DNA of 64,000 nucleotides from Lingula anatina (taxonomy: Eukaryota > Animalia > Brachiopoda), in the NCBI GenBank assembly GCA_051362555.1, contig CM120640.1, positions 18,414,001 to 18,478,000 on the forward strand. Direction: 5' to 3'. The notes beneath the pieces were generated by a model, which was given only the letters and a program-made list of their open reading frames with translations, was not told the DNA's origin and did not search any database. Below are positions 27,401 to 39,842 of the stretch, one piece after another (positions within the stretch are counted from its first letter, which is position 1; each line of letters starts with the position of its first letter). Made by a program: the position numbers and the translations under genes.

Positions 27401-30400
27401 TTCAACAAACACCCATACATTTCTATTTCAAAGAGGCAAATGTTTCTTTACTCAAAATTATGCATAAAACCAATAATCTCCCTTAATGACTTCTACAAAC
27501 TAGCAGGGAATGCACTGATAAACAAAGTGATGTGCAATATGAGTTACAGATTCATTTCACCCATCAGTTCAGCTTTCCTATAAATAGTGGACAGCTTGTG
27601 TAACCTTCTGGCACTTGCATAGCTCCTGGTCTAGTTCCTATTTGTGAAGTGTGCACGCTGCTGGATATATTTTCTATACTAATTAATTTTCAATGGGTAG
27701 ACCTATGGATTAGAAACGTTTAGTCATTGGGTTTTTTGGAAGGCAGCTGAAAATCAATCGGAAGTCCTGCTATTACTAAATTGTTTATTAAAAATGTTTG
27801 CTCTGGCCCTGAAACAAATTTTCCAAATAACCCAAAATAATAGAAAGATCAAGGTATAATTACTTAAAGGACTACTTTTCTATCAGACGTTTTTTGTTTT
27901 GATTCAAGTCCAAAATACTTCAAGCATAAATTGGTCTGAACAGATAATTGAAAAAGTTGGATAAACTGGTTACTTTTATATATCAGTTTGTTTCTCCACA
28001 AAATGTCAAGGGTCGTTTCTTCTTTGAAGAGGCAAACATTACCAGAATTACATACATGCATGTGGATGAATAAACATGATGACACCTTCAGATGTCCTTA
28101 TTACTTTTTAATGACTCACACTTCAATTCAGTTGACACGTGTGATGCACAAGAATAAAGGTTTCAACTATGAATGCATCACAGTGTAACATTTCAATAAA
28201 TTACCGGCAATTCAAAAGGCTGCTGCTGTCCTGGGGCCTGGATTTTGATACAGAAGCTGGCATCTTCAAACATGACCACAGGGGGGTTGCCATCTCCTCC
28301 CGCTCCTGGTTTCTTCTCAGTGGCTGCTGTGCTGCCATCCTCTCCATCGCCAGATCCATTCATTCCTGGCTCTGTTGGAGAATCTAAAATGAAATAAAAT
28401 TCATCCATTATTTTTATACCATATTAATCAGGCACTAAAGGGGGGGGGGGAATGTAAGCATGTTGTTTAAGAGTTCTTGTATGGCCACATTCACAACAGC
28501 TGACTTAACAGATCTGTGAATCAAATATGGCCAACCCACTTGAATGCTTCTGGCATAATCCCAGAGGGGAATTTATTCAACATCTATTAGGGATTATGTG
28601 GCAAGCTTTTAAGTGGGTCACCATATTTGATCCCCAGATCCACTTTTGTGAATTGTGACTTTGTCTCTCACCCCCATAACTTAAGATTTCCAGACAAGGC
28701 ATCTATAAAACATGTTTCATATCAAGGAATAACCCCTGCATAAAGCTGTAGGTTAATTCAAAAGTCACACTTACACCCTCACCTCTCCTTCACAGAACAT
28801 GTCTTTTTGGATATCAAGAAAAAGGTACAACATTTAATTGAAAGCAGAAATGTCAGCATTTTCTACCTGAAAATGCCAAGTGTAATCATTTTTGTTAGAT
28901 TCTCAGGTAGAAATCTAATCTTTAGACTCAAGCTTTGTATAATCCAATAATCTGATCTTTAAGCAGACTGATTAAAGTAAGTAACTCAACAAGCTGGGGA
29001 AAACATGCTGATGCATTTATCACCCTGAAATGGAAGCCTAATTCTTAAAATGAGAACAAACCATGTTTCACAGGCTACAATCCATATAACACAATCAAGG
29101 TAATGTTATGCTCACCCAAGATATGATTTAAAAATCAAGCAGACTGACAATTAAGGAAAGATCAATGGAAGAGAAAATGAGCGGAACTATATGTACTGAT
29201 CAATATATGCTTGTACTGCAAGTAGATATGGTCTCTACAGTACAATCAATCAGTCTCTCAGTCTTCTTTATCAAAATTACATCTTTTTTTTTTCCCAGAA
29301 AAAATCACTTCCTCATCCTGTGTGCAAACCTACTATGGACAAATATTGGAATTAGCTTACATCAATAAAGCTATCTTTGTCACATATTCACTGACAGTTT
29401 TGAAAAAAATAAAAATAAAATCTCACTGTATCCTTATCTATGTGAGTCAACTGAAACCAATAATCTTTGATAATATTGCAACTTATCAATCGGAACCTTT
29501 TGCAGAAGGATAGCAGAGTTCAAATTCTGAGATAGGTTATGCAAAGAATCTCGCACTGTATAGACTTTCATCAATTCCTATGACTTAATAAAAGCATTAC
29601 AAAGTGTATGTGTTGTGTTCGCTGGCAATCTTTTATCTAAACATAATCAACCACCATGGAAGAGATGGGCCATTGATTAGTCAATAATGCTGAGCAAATG
29701 TCTCCTCAGCTTTGCACCACAATAAGAACATATTTTCAGAAGCACTTTAAAAAAACATATGGAACACCACTAGTCTGAATGCAGATTTCATCCCCCACCC
29801 CCTTTCCAAAAAGAAAACATACTGAAGAACAACATAAATCACCCAGTAGTCAGTAATATGATATGTTCCCTGGCTTAAAAGAATATCAATATGATCATGC
29901 AATTACTGACAGAGTTACATCACCACTGTTAATCTGCTTTAACCCAACATTCAAAAGAACATTTTCAAAATTCTAAAAAAATAATAATAATAATAATTAT
30001 TATTATTTTTCTTCATAAAATTCACTTTTGGTAACAAGTGCACCAGATATTTTTTAAACATTCAGTCAATAATCTTTATAACAGTTTATGAATACTTAAG
30101 TTACAAAACAAGGCATTTGAGATTTAGAACCATTATTTGAGTACCAGAGGTATAATTCAATAATGATTTAATAGGGCTCAGAATTATGTATTCAATGCAA
30201 ACATACCTTTTTCACCAGCTGTCATTTGTCGATGATCATACAAAAGCACTCAATTTACCTTCACCAGCACTGGCATAAGACACACACCCGCACGTTTTGT
30301 TACTGTTCAGCTGTTATGACCATGCAGCTGACAAAAGGTGTGTGTGCATTACCACTAAATGAATGTGTATCTCATGACTATGGAACAAGTTGCATCATAT

Positions 30401-31007
30401 GTAAAAATGCAATATCCTGCCTTGAAAGTGTAACAAATACATGTTGCAAAACCTCTTAAGTGAAATGGAGCAAACTTTCATATCTGGGCGCGTATATTCT
30501 GTATGACCCATTTGACCTTGATATGCTTCCAAAGGTTAGGAGTTTACTAGTCCGAGAATTCCAATTAAAGCTGCATTCTCATACGCACTGCGCTCATGAC
30601 ACTACTGTTTCGTCATTGAAAGCCTTATGCAATCGCAAATTTCAGGTAGTGTATTACCTACACTGCCCGACAAGCCCCTTCAGTGGAAGCATTAATAAAC
30701 ATTGTTTACAAGCCATTCGAAATTAGTTCTGGGCGATTACTCGATAACAGATAAAACACAAAATTTCAAAGATTACCATGTGTGCATCTACCGAGCCTTA
30801 AGTCATGGCAATAGCAAAATACGGAAAAAAAACGTGATGTTTTTGAAAGGTGGCCAATCTCGAGAAAAGCATGCACGTGGTCCCATGTCACACGTTTGAA
30901 TGCTTACCAAGATGATCACTCTCAGTTTCATCACTGTCGGTATCTGATGATCGCTGAGCGTTCTGCTCTACATTTCCTTCACTATCTGGACTTTTAACTC
31001 CTGCCAT
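7468..31007 (-). CDS. CLUH: Clustered mitochondria protein homolog (CLUH/clueless), about 36 coding exons
   Basis: ATG 31007; first exons 30908-31007, 28205-28383, 22752-22923 ([22 protein letters not shown]), 19764-19907 ([21 protein letters not shown]). Also [39 protein letters not shown] and C-terminal TPR exons. Last exon 7468-7675 ends in TAA. Confidence 0.96.
21935..22209. mobile_element. MITE (non-autonomous DNA transposon, hAT-like CAG..CTG ends) in a CLUH intron
   Basis: TIRs CAGACATGCTGAAA / TTTCAGCATGTCTG, exact 6-bp TSD GACTTA (21929-21934 and 22210-22215), repeated internal GGTCC/GGACC motifs. Confidence 0.9.
23590..23745 (+). repeat. Interspersed repeat family member (TTGTCAATTTTGATGCAATA...AATTTTAATCATGCACAACAGGTAAC)
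   Basis: Related copies near 24700-24800, 25040, 25380, 25720, 49015-49380 and, inverted, near 56000-56140. Confidence 0.7.
24158..24370 (+). mobile_element. Short Helentron-associated (HINE/DINE-1-like) element
   Basis: Starts CAAGAGTGCAGACCTCTGCCAAGG, has an AATTTCAGCAAAATCGGTCC core and an ACAGACAAAC stub, and ends in an ACCTCC..GAGGT hairpin followed by As. Confidence 0.6.
24413..24455. repeat. (TA)n microsatellite
   Basis: Direct reading. Confidence 0.95.
25321..25870 (+). repeat. Degenerate direct repeat, two copies of about 210 bp offset by about 340 bp
   Basis: TTTTGATGCAATATTACATAATG...GACCATCAATTTTTAAT...AAGTCACA(C/T)CTTAAAAATGCCAA occurs at about 25385-25530 and 25722-25868. Confidence 0.75.
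26260..26823 (+). mobile_element. Helentron-type non-autonomous element with an internal 161-bp tandem array
   Basis: Three 161-bp units (ATGCTGATTTTCGAACTTGACCTGCG at 26309, 26470, 26631), then a (CGACGG/CGACGA)n microsatellite, a perfect 14-bp hairpin TATGTACAGACACA-TC-TGTGTCTGTACATA (26790-26819) and an A-run. Confidence 0.8.
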
Positions 31008-31416
31008 TAAGTAAAAAAGTTCCGAAGATCCTTGCACGTGTGGGACATTCAACCTTCTACTGCTTTATAGCCTCGAAGCAGTAGCCAGCTTGCGAAATCG
31101 CGAAATCGTCATCTTCGTGTCATCATGCATTTAATGTTCATATGATATTTTATGTACTTCATAAGTTTATTTAGCTATAATCATTCAAAGTAAAATAAAA
31201 ACGTCACATAAAATAATGGATATCTGTTAATGTACATTTGAAATATTTCTCTAAAAAGTTTTGAGAATAAAAAGAAAATGGCGCTGTCCATAAAACGGGA
31301 AATGTGAGGCGTAAACATTTAAAATGACTGAAACCCAAAGATTTATGAGTCGAATATTGAGGCAAGAGGATTGATTGTTTTTCCGTAGGCAATAGCTTGA
31401 TTTTAACAAGACAAAA
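31008..31416. promoter_or_regulatory. Bidirectional promoter CLUH/GLE1
   Basis: Start codons are 410 bp apart and divergent. CACGTG near 31035, repeated GCGAAATC near 31092-31108, YY1-like AAAATGGCG near 31275. Confidence 0.65.
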
Positions 31417-34400
31417 ATGCCCGAGTCCCCAGTTCTTCTCGAGTCTCTACGACAATCTAGCAAAGGGAAACTTAAATATGACAAAGACTGGCACAAAGTG
31501 AAAGGAATCAAGGTAATCGATAATATAATCAGCATAAGTAAAACGGTCAGAATTAATTGCTTGAGTCTTAGTGCTACTGTCGTATTAGTAGTAAAATCAC
31601 ATTAGCTTACCCATTATCTAATCGGCCTCCAGGGTTCCTGTTTTTAACTGTACATCCCTCTAGGTAGCATGAAACTTCCTGATATGCTCTACATTTATAT
31701 TAGTCCATAAGTTCTGGCCGAAAATTTTTTAAATATAAGCAAGCTATACCGTTGTTGTGAATCATGAATGTAAAATATTCAATTTGTATTGGGGGTGTTA
31801 TAAACTCCAAATGTCCTGACTGCTGAATGTTAAATTCCACACTGCAGAAACATTTTATTTTCATAGCTTTTTTTCACTCCAATTATAATTTTCAGCATTG
31901 AGATGAACAGGTCAAATGTACAAAATATTTGCTTAAGACTATATGAAACTTGCTTTTCATTTTCATGTATGCAAGAAACTTTAATTTATTTCAGTCTATG
32001 CTAGAAGAATGCACATCACCACCCCCTGTAACTTGTGTAAAATCTCCACAGGGATTATCACCAAAGACTGGGTCACCTATGAGAGGATCACCTCCAGGAG
32101 CTCTACGCCTTGAAGATTCCTGTCAGGAAGGTTCATCTAAAGGAAGGTCACCACGGCAAACTTTTAGAAATACCTCCTCTTCCTCCCCTTCCTGCAGTGC
32201 TTCAAGAATCAGTAACAGGTATTTTCTAAATAAGTGCGATCAGCTGTTAATGATCTTATTTTTTACAGGTATAAACGTATTTCAAATGTTTTTACACAAA
32301 TTAATATCATTTGCTATGAAGGTGCTCTTCATTAATTTTTTATCTTTGATCTAAACTGCAGATGTAAGCATTGTTTAAGTGGTAAGCAAGTAAAATCTAA
32401 GTCTACTGTAAAATAAACAGTTAAATTGACGAAATAATAATGATAAAAAAGAATATTAAAAATCTGAACAAAGATTCAAAGTAAAATGAACCAGTACTTT
32501 TAAGCACAGCTTTTCAGCTTTTACCCTATCTGTATATATTGTTTCTCTTTATTCAATTATTCCAGCAAGTCAGATGTGGCTCTCAAAAACAAAAGCCCTA
32601 GAAAGTTGCCATCATCTCCATTATCTTCAGTAGAAAGTTCTGAAACCTTGTCACCAATATCTGAGATAGTGTTACCAAAGGCACACCAGTCAGCACTGGC
32701 AATCATTGAATATGAAAGGCAGTCAAGACAGAAAGTCGAGGTAACAAAAGAAATTTTGTACAATAGGGGAGAAGAATCATGCTTTTTAAAGATTTTTTAG
32801 TGAAATTAATAATAGCTCAGTTAAATTGTTGTACATCGTAAGTAGACAGTGAAGTGAAATATCTCAATAGGTCCTGTGGTGCTTGATGCATGTCTTTTTT
32901 TATTGTACCACCACATAGGCGCTGGCGGTACACATGGTTTTAGTCCCGTCCGGTCCGTTCCACCGGCCTGCGTACCCATCTCTTGTTTTCCAGAGTATTG
33001 TAATTTTCAAAGGAGATGTCTACTTTTTTACTCTCCTCTTACAGGCAGCAATCAGACTGAAAAGACAACAACTGGAAAAAGAGCAACAACTGATTCAAAT
33101 AGAGGCAGAGAAAAATTTATATGATCTTCATTTTAAACAAGACATTGAAAACAAGAAAAATTTGGAACAGATCCTCATGGCAGCAGATGTTAGGTAAGGT
33201 CATCAGACATATTGAGAGTTTATTGAGACAGAATCCAAGATTTGTGGTCTTAATGAAAAAAAAGAAAATTATTCATCTTTTTCATAATTTTCATTATTTT
33301 TATTTCAGAACACAGGAGGTTCAACAAAGGCATCAGGTCTTAAAAGAACACCACAAGAGACATGCTAAGGTAAGATCACAGGTTATGTTATGTTACTGAA
33401 TTGATTTCAAAGGATGTATTATAGCTGAGAAATTTAAATTATTGTTCATTTGATAACTTCTGTAACTTCGTTTTTATTTTTATTAAATGAGAAAAAATGC
33501 AATGTTTAACATACGTAATGATTTTTTTTTTTCGCATGATCTAGTATAATAGTATTTTATGCATAAATGACAACTGTAACTGTTGTTTGCATTAACTGAG
33601 AAGTCAGAATCTAGGTTTGTAATTAATTTATAATGAAATGGAATATAATATTTCAGATGTTGCATGCCAAGATGCAGGAAGCTGAGGTAAGAAGAAAACA
33701 GTTGGAGGAAGAAGAAAAGAAAAGGTAATTCTTGTGTATACCCAGTTTTAAGGATTAAAATTCTTCATACCTCTGCCAATTATCATGTCTCTTTTTGTTT
33801 ATAAAATCAGAAAATCTAACAGTTGGGTTCCCAAATATAATGTTTTTCCACTTGGTTGTTTGTAATATTATTGAATTATGATTGCATATCTAATGTTATT
33901 ATAGGTAACAAGAAATCTTTAGTCTAAGATTTACCACAACGTCATTCTGAATTGTTATTTATTTATATTTAAGAATTTTCTTTAATGTTAGGCAACAAGA
34001 AATCAAAAAGCGCCTGGCAGTAATAATTCAGACTGCAGCTGAGGCTAAGACAACAAAGCAGAAAATTGACCAACTGTTCAATAGCTGTAATTATAAACAG
34101 TTGCTTCCCGCTAATGTCCCAAAGAGCGTTGAACTGATGACACAAATCTGTAGTCGGATGGAGGCCATAGTGCAGCAGGTAGGTCATATACATCCTTTTC
34201 TAATTTTTGTTAATAATGTGGTGGCTTGTAGTCTTGGTGCTAACTGTAAATTTACCTAGAATCATCCAGGTATCAGTCACCAAATGTATATTTTTTTTTT
34301 AATGTTTGGATCGTAATGGAACGGTTCTGTTCAGTTAATCCCTATATTATCTTGATTAGATATTATATAGATTATATTGTGTCAGTACTCCCATGGGTTA

Positions 34401-37337
34401 AAAGCAGAATCTAATTTTGCTGATGCACATTACAGGCCCAGCAGACTGAGGCTACAGATGACCACCTGAAAACCACCAATGAATTTTTGTCTCAGGCATC
34501 AAATATACTGGACCTGGTGCTGACATCTGTTGGTTAGTAGTACATTTCTGCACGTTTGTTTTCCTTTCTCATCCTGATAATATCTGTAACTTTAAAACTT
34601 TCTTGTTTGAATTTGCAGTGGATGGTCACATATTTTGTAGTTATATTTGTGAGTTCATTGGAAAATTAAATTGAATTGGTTGAAGGAATTTGGGGAAGTT
34701 TTTTAAGCTTTTAAAAGCAAAGGACAGATTACACACTATTGAAAATATTGACTTGAAATTTTATTATTATTTTTTTTTTCAGACGAAGCAAATAAAAAGG
34801 GCCAGGCACAATCAACTGCAGTAACCACAGCCGCATCAACTCCAACATCTGCATCAACATCAGCTCAAACAACTGCACCTGCATCAGCAGTTTTATCTAC
34901 AGCATCATCAACAACAATTTCTGCAGCAAATAAAATATCAGCAGCATTAACAACACAACCAACAGGTAAAATTACCAAGTGTTTACTTTCGATCTGTTTG
35001 TGTAAAAAATATTGAAAATGCATGAAGATTGAAGAAGGCCATACACTGTAAGAAGGTATAATTTGAATGAATGGTAGTTCAGAACATAAATAAGTAACAT
35101 AAGCAGTACAAAATGTTTGGATTCAGATTGTGAAGTTTGTTAAACATAGACTGTTTTTTTAATTGGCTTCTCAGCTGCTGGCGAAACTCTTTGTGCCCCT
35201 GTAAAGGCCTACGAGGCATTTGTAAAACTGCAGGAAAATCAGAAGAACGTAGAAAAGTCATATGAAGCACTGACAGGTCAAGATCCCAGAGTAAGTATAA
35301 TGCTCATTTTGTTCAGCTGATTGGCTAGTTTACTTCAAAAAGATGATAACCCTACATAACTTATCTGTTAAATCAGTAAAATGTTGGTCAAAATTACACA
35401 TTGTTTTACACCAAATGTTTCCATGTGGGTGTGTTTATTTATTTATTTTTTTTTTTTCTAAAGGCCAAATTTGTTTTTCTGTACCTGCTTTTATTCATAT
35501 TTTCTACACAATTTTTCTTCAGCTAAAGAAATTTAAATTTGACCTCCAAAAGGCTGTCAATCTCCCTGTCAATGCCATCTCAAAAGTCAATGGTGCTCAC
35601 TTGAGGGATAAATTGGAGAAATTGTGCTCTCTTCTCGCAGGCCAGCCAGTAGAGGTGTCCAATAAAATGGTCAAAGCTGCTGAACACCCAGCTGGCATAA
35701 ACTTTTGTAAAGACCTTCTAGCTAAAAAAATACTGGTAAGTTAAAAGATCCCAATAAAGATTTCTTGTTATGGATGATCTGTATGAATCTGCAAAATTCA
35801 GAGGTCTGCAGACATCCTACTGCCTCAGTGCACACCGAGTCTTTTTAAAAACTGTGTAAAGATTGTTAAGTTAGACGTGAAAGATTGTATGGTGACAACT
35901 GTACCGTTTGTGTTTTTCTTTCTCTTTGCAGCTTGGCTTGTCCTATGTACAGGGTGGTCCATAAAAAACAACCTATTCTTCTAAAAAGAATTTGATATTT
36001 GCATTACACCAGTCTCAATTTTTTTTACTTCTAAAAGATAATTTTCCCCATTTTCAGAAACAAGGGGATGAGCAGGTTTCATCCAACTTTGAATCTGCCT
36101 TCCCTATTGCTATGGTTGCAGTTGGAGTATGGTGCATGTATCCAGACTTTGGAGATTTATTATTGGCACATTTTCACATAGCTTGTCCCTATCTAGTGCC
36201 ATATTATAGACCCAAGGAGAAGGGGCAATCCACAGAAGATTATTACAAGTAATTTTTATGTTTTTAAAAATATACAAAAGTCTTATATTAATTGCATAGT
36301 TTTACAGACTATTTTTAAATGTTGAGTTTTTCATTTTATATCTGAATCAATTAATAGATTGTTTGTAGTTTATTCTTTACTTAATTTGTGTACTGAAGAC
36401 CTCCCAATTAAAGGGATAATAACTCTTCGTTCTGGCCAAAAAATGAATTTTCCTGGAGTAAACAACAATTTTCCCATACTTACCAATGGTTAATGAATCC
36501 ATTTTTACATTCAAAGTTAGTCCCTTTTTTTTCTAAAAAGTTTGGTTTTTTGTTAAAATCTCTTAAGAGATTATAACAGAGTATAGCCATCAATGGAAGT
36601 CACGTGATCTGAAGACAAGCTCAGATCTCAGAATAATAGCTATAACTGCTGTTTTTGTGGTAAAACAGAATATATTATATTTCTATGAGTTGTTCACAAT
36701 GTTTTTATTGTGAAATAAAGATATTATACGAAGAGTTTTTGTCCCTTTAAGTTGTTACCAAAGTAGGGTATAAGCTTAAATTTATAAACAATCTTTAAAT
36801 GTCAGTCAGGTCTATATTTATAGTGATATCTGAATATTTTGAAACATATCATAATTATGTGCTCAATGGTATTTTTTATGGGCTTTCAGGTCACTTGGTT
36901 ATGCTGTGGAAAATGGACAGTGTGAAAAACAGGACAAGTTTCTCAGGCGTATGACAGGATACATGAGACTGTATGCAGCTATGATAGTGTCTCCGCCACC
37001 CAGGGGTGAACAACAACCACACCCACATGGGGTAGAGAAAGGGTGGGAGTGGTTGTGTAATGTCCTAAACTTGGACCCACGTCCTGATATCACAGCAACT
37101 TTACTGCTCAATTTCCTGGTAGTTGCCGGTAGTGCTTTAGCCGAGGCTTACAGTAAACAGTTCTTTAAACTGCTACACTTGTTGTGTACAGAATATCTAC
37201 CAAAGGTGAAACAAGTGACACTTCCTGGCTCTGGAGGCCCTGTAACAAGACTTGAACAGTTTCTGCAAAAATGCATAAAGAATGGAAAAATTGACCCACC
37301 TGAGGGCAAACTGTCTGCAGGGTTTTGGTTTACATAA
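31417..37337 (+). CDS. GLE1: mRNA export factor / nucleoporin GLE1
   Basis: N-terminus LESLRQSSKGKLKYDKDW resembles human LKALRSSDKGRLCYYRDW. Exons approx. 31417-31512, 31995-32218, 32566-32740, 33045-33193, 33309-33369, 33657-33724, 33992-34178, 34436-34532, 34783-34965, 35175-35290, 35523-35735, 36058-36248, 36890-37337. Motifs CPYLVPYY, FLRRMTGYMRLYAA, HPHG..GWEWL and a Gle1B-like C-terminus. Confidence 0.95.
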
Positions 37338-38193
37338 TACTATAAATGTAAGAAATATATTGGAAAAAATCTGATGAGTCAGAAGGAAAGTTCAAGATCA
37401 CTTATGACTACAAGTGATATTGTGAAACGAGATGACCCACACCTAAATGACCATATTGTGATATTAATGCAGATATTGGCAGTGGCAGCACTGGAATGGT
37501 TTGGTTGAGAAAGTTGTCAAACTGAACTTTGAATGCTGCAAGAAAAACGTTTGTTTTACAATTTATTCAGCAGTAATATGTCTACAATATTTTTTAAACA
37601 AATATTGATGGTCATTCTTTGAATGTACATTTCATGGAAGCATATTTCGCAGATCTCATTAGGCTCATATCCTAATATGCATAAATACTAAGAATAACAC
37701 AAGTTTTAAGAAAGAAGTGATGAAACACCATTGTGCATTTTTTAAAGTTCATTTGGAATGCAGAAATTTCTAGCACTGAGCACAGATAATGTCACTACTG
37801 ATTTTCATGTAATTTTAAGTATCCCATTTTAAGTGAATTTGAAACATTTTTTAACACATCAAGTAACTGAAATTGAAGACAATTGTCATTATAATATCAG
37901 TGACGAATGCTGAAAGCATTTTCAAAATAAAATTTCAAAAAAATCTTTAAAATGAAAAAGATCTTTTTGTGCATATATGGTTATTCTGTTATTTAAGAGT
38001 TGAATTGATTTAAAGACTACAATCATTTAATAACAGCAGAGAAATGACCAACACTCGTCCCATGTATTTTTGGCATACTATAATAGTTTCCTTTGAATAC
38101 CATTAAATGGACCTCAAATCAAAATGAGTTTTTGAACCCCATAAAATTCATTCAAAAATATTATCATAGTTTCTTGAACTTCATGCCCTTTTC

Positions 38194-39800
38194 TTACAAA
38201 TCTTTAAATGAGATAAGTTTTATACCTTGCTCTTTATAGAACTGTTGCATGGCTGAACTTGTAAGAACTTGAACTTCATGCAATCTGTCTGCTGACTTAG
38301 CAAAGCCGTCTGGTCCTTGCCCACAGCCACCTTGGAGGTCACAATTTGGATATCCAGGGTGGACCATCAGTTCACATGACACGGAAGACTTATCCTTGTT
38401 TATTGTGTTATCAGGTGAAAAAATTGCCTTTAGAGCACTCTGGATTCTTTCCTCTGTCATTTCACTGTCCATATCACTGCCCATGGTGGTCATGCCAAGG
38501 AAATGATCAGTTGAACTAAAAAAGTGAAACCAACAACTTTAGTGTATAATGAAAAAAAATCAAGATCTTGAATTGAAAGAAGAGTGGACCATAAGAGGGG
38601 AATTTCTTTTGTAAATTATCAGACTAAAAATCCCCCTAGTCTAATATCTACTGTTGCTGTGCAAAGAGAACTAAATTTGACCAAAGAGCCACTGAAAATG
38701 TTTAGGTCTCTGGCCTTACTCTCATTCTAAGAACTATGTTTCATGTGAGTATCTTCACCTTATTCCATTTTGATAAAATAAATCCTTGGCTTCAACTGCA
38801 CTGTTCACAACTGAAGTAAAGAATTGTTTCCAGTCACTGTTAAGCCAGGGTACATTGACATCCTCCACTGGAAGTCTAGTGCAGGAAATGTTGTGACTAG
38901 ATAGGACTTCAGCAAACACCTCCCTTACTCCTGAATAATATGGATCAAACAGTTATATATTTGCCAAGCATTCAACACAGATATTAAAAAAAAAAAAAAA
39001 AAAAAACAGACTCTGAAGAAAAAAGCATTTCATTTGGTCTCATTAAAAATATCTTCTGGTTTTATGCGAGACCCATATTAAAAAAAAAAAACTTTCAGTA
39101 AAATTAGGCATTAAGTTCACTGGATTTTCACCAGATTTTTATTTGGGGTTAATTATGGAATAGACAAAATATTATTCTTCTGAAGTCATATACGGAGTCA
39201 CTTAACTAAGAGTATGTCAATTTTCAGAAAGTGTGACAAGTGGTCCATTCAGATTCACACATACTGCTAGCTGGGTCTAACTCTGCGGGGAATCTTGCTA
39301 AAGTGCAATCAGCTTAATTAGCTTAATCAGCAAACGATAGTAAATTACCCCCTAGCTGCTGGAGGAGGTGTGTTAGTACATGATATGAATCTGAATGCAG
39401 CTAAGGACACACACCCTCCCAAAGTCACACTTGTGTAAACCCTGCTACTGACAGCAAGTTCTAAAGGCTACCTACCATCCAAGGTGTGGACATGCTGATG
39501 TCCATCTACATGATGTGGAAGATGACCACACAAAGACTGGAACTTCTGGAGCTGACTTTCCAATTCTAACTTAACCTGCGATCAAAAGATTCAAATTAGA
39601 TTATAAGTATATTACACTATTTCAAATTAGATTTTAATTGTAACAATTCATCTTTTTTAACATCATATGGAACACATAACTTCTACTCTGCTGCAGTTAT
39701 GAGCTTGCTTTGGCATGGCATGCATTACCAGCATACCATATTTAAATGCCGAATGTATAACATTAATTGGAAATCTGTATTAAATGTGATAAAAGATATA

Positions 39801-39842
<42 letters not shown>

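Noticed and set aside
32900-32995. GC-rich patch in a GLE1 intron as an ncRNA
   Set aside because: It looks like a truncated Helentron-type end with a GTCC microsatellite; no snoRNA boxes seen.
2011-37337. METTL16, CLUH and GLE1 as an operon-like RNA-metabolism system
   Set aside because: They are on alternating strands with separate promoters; the shared theme may be coincidence.
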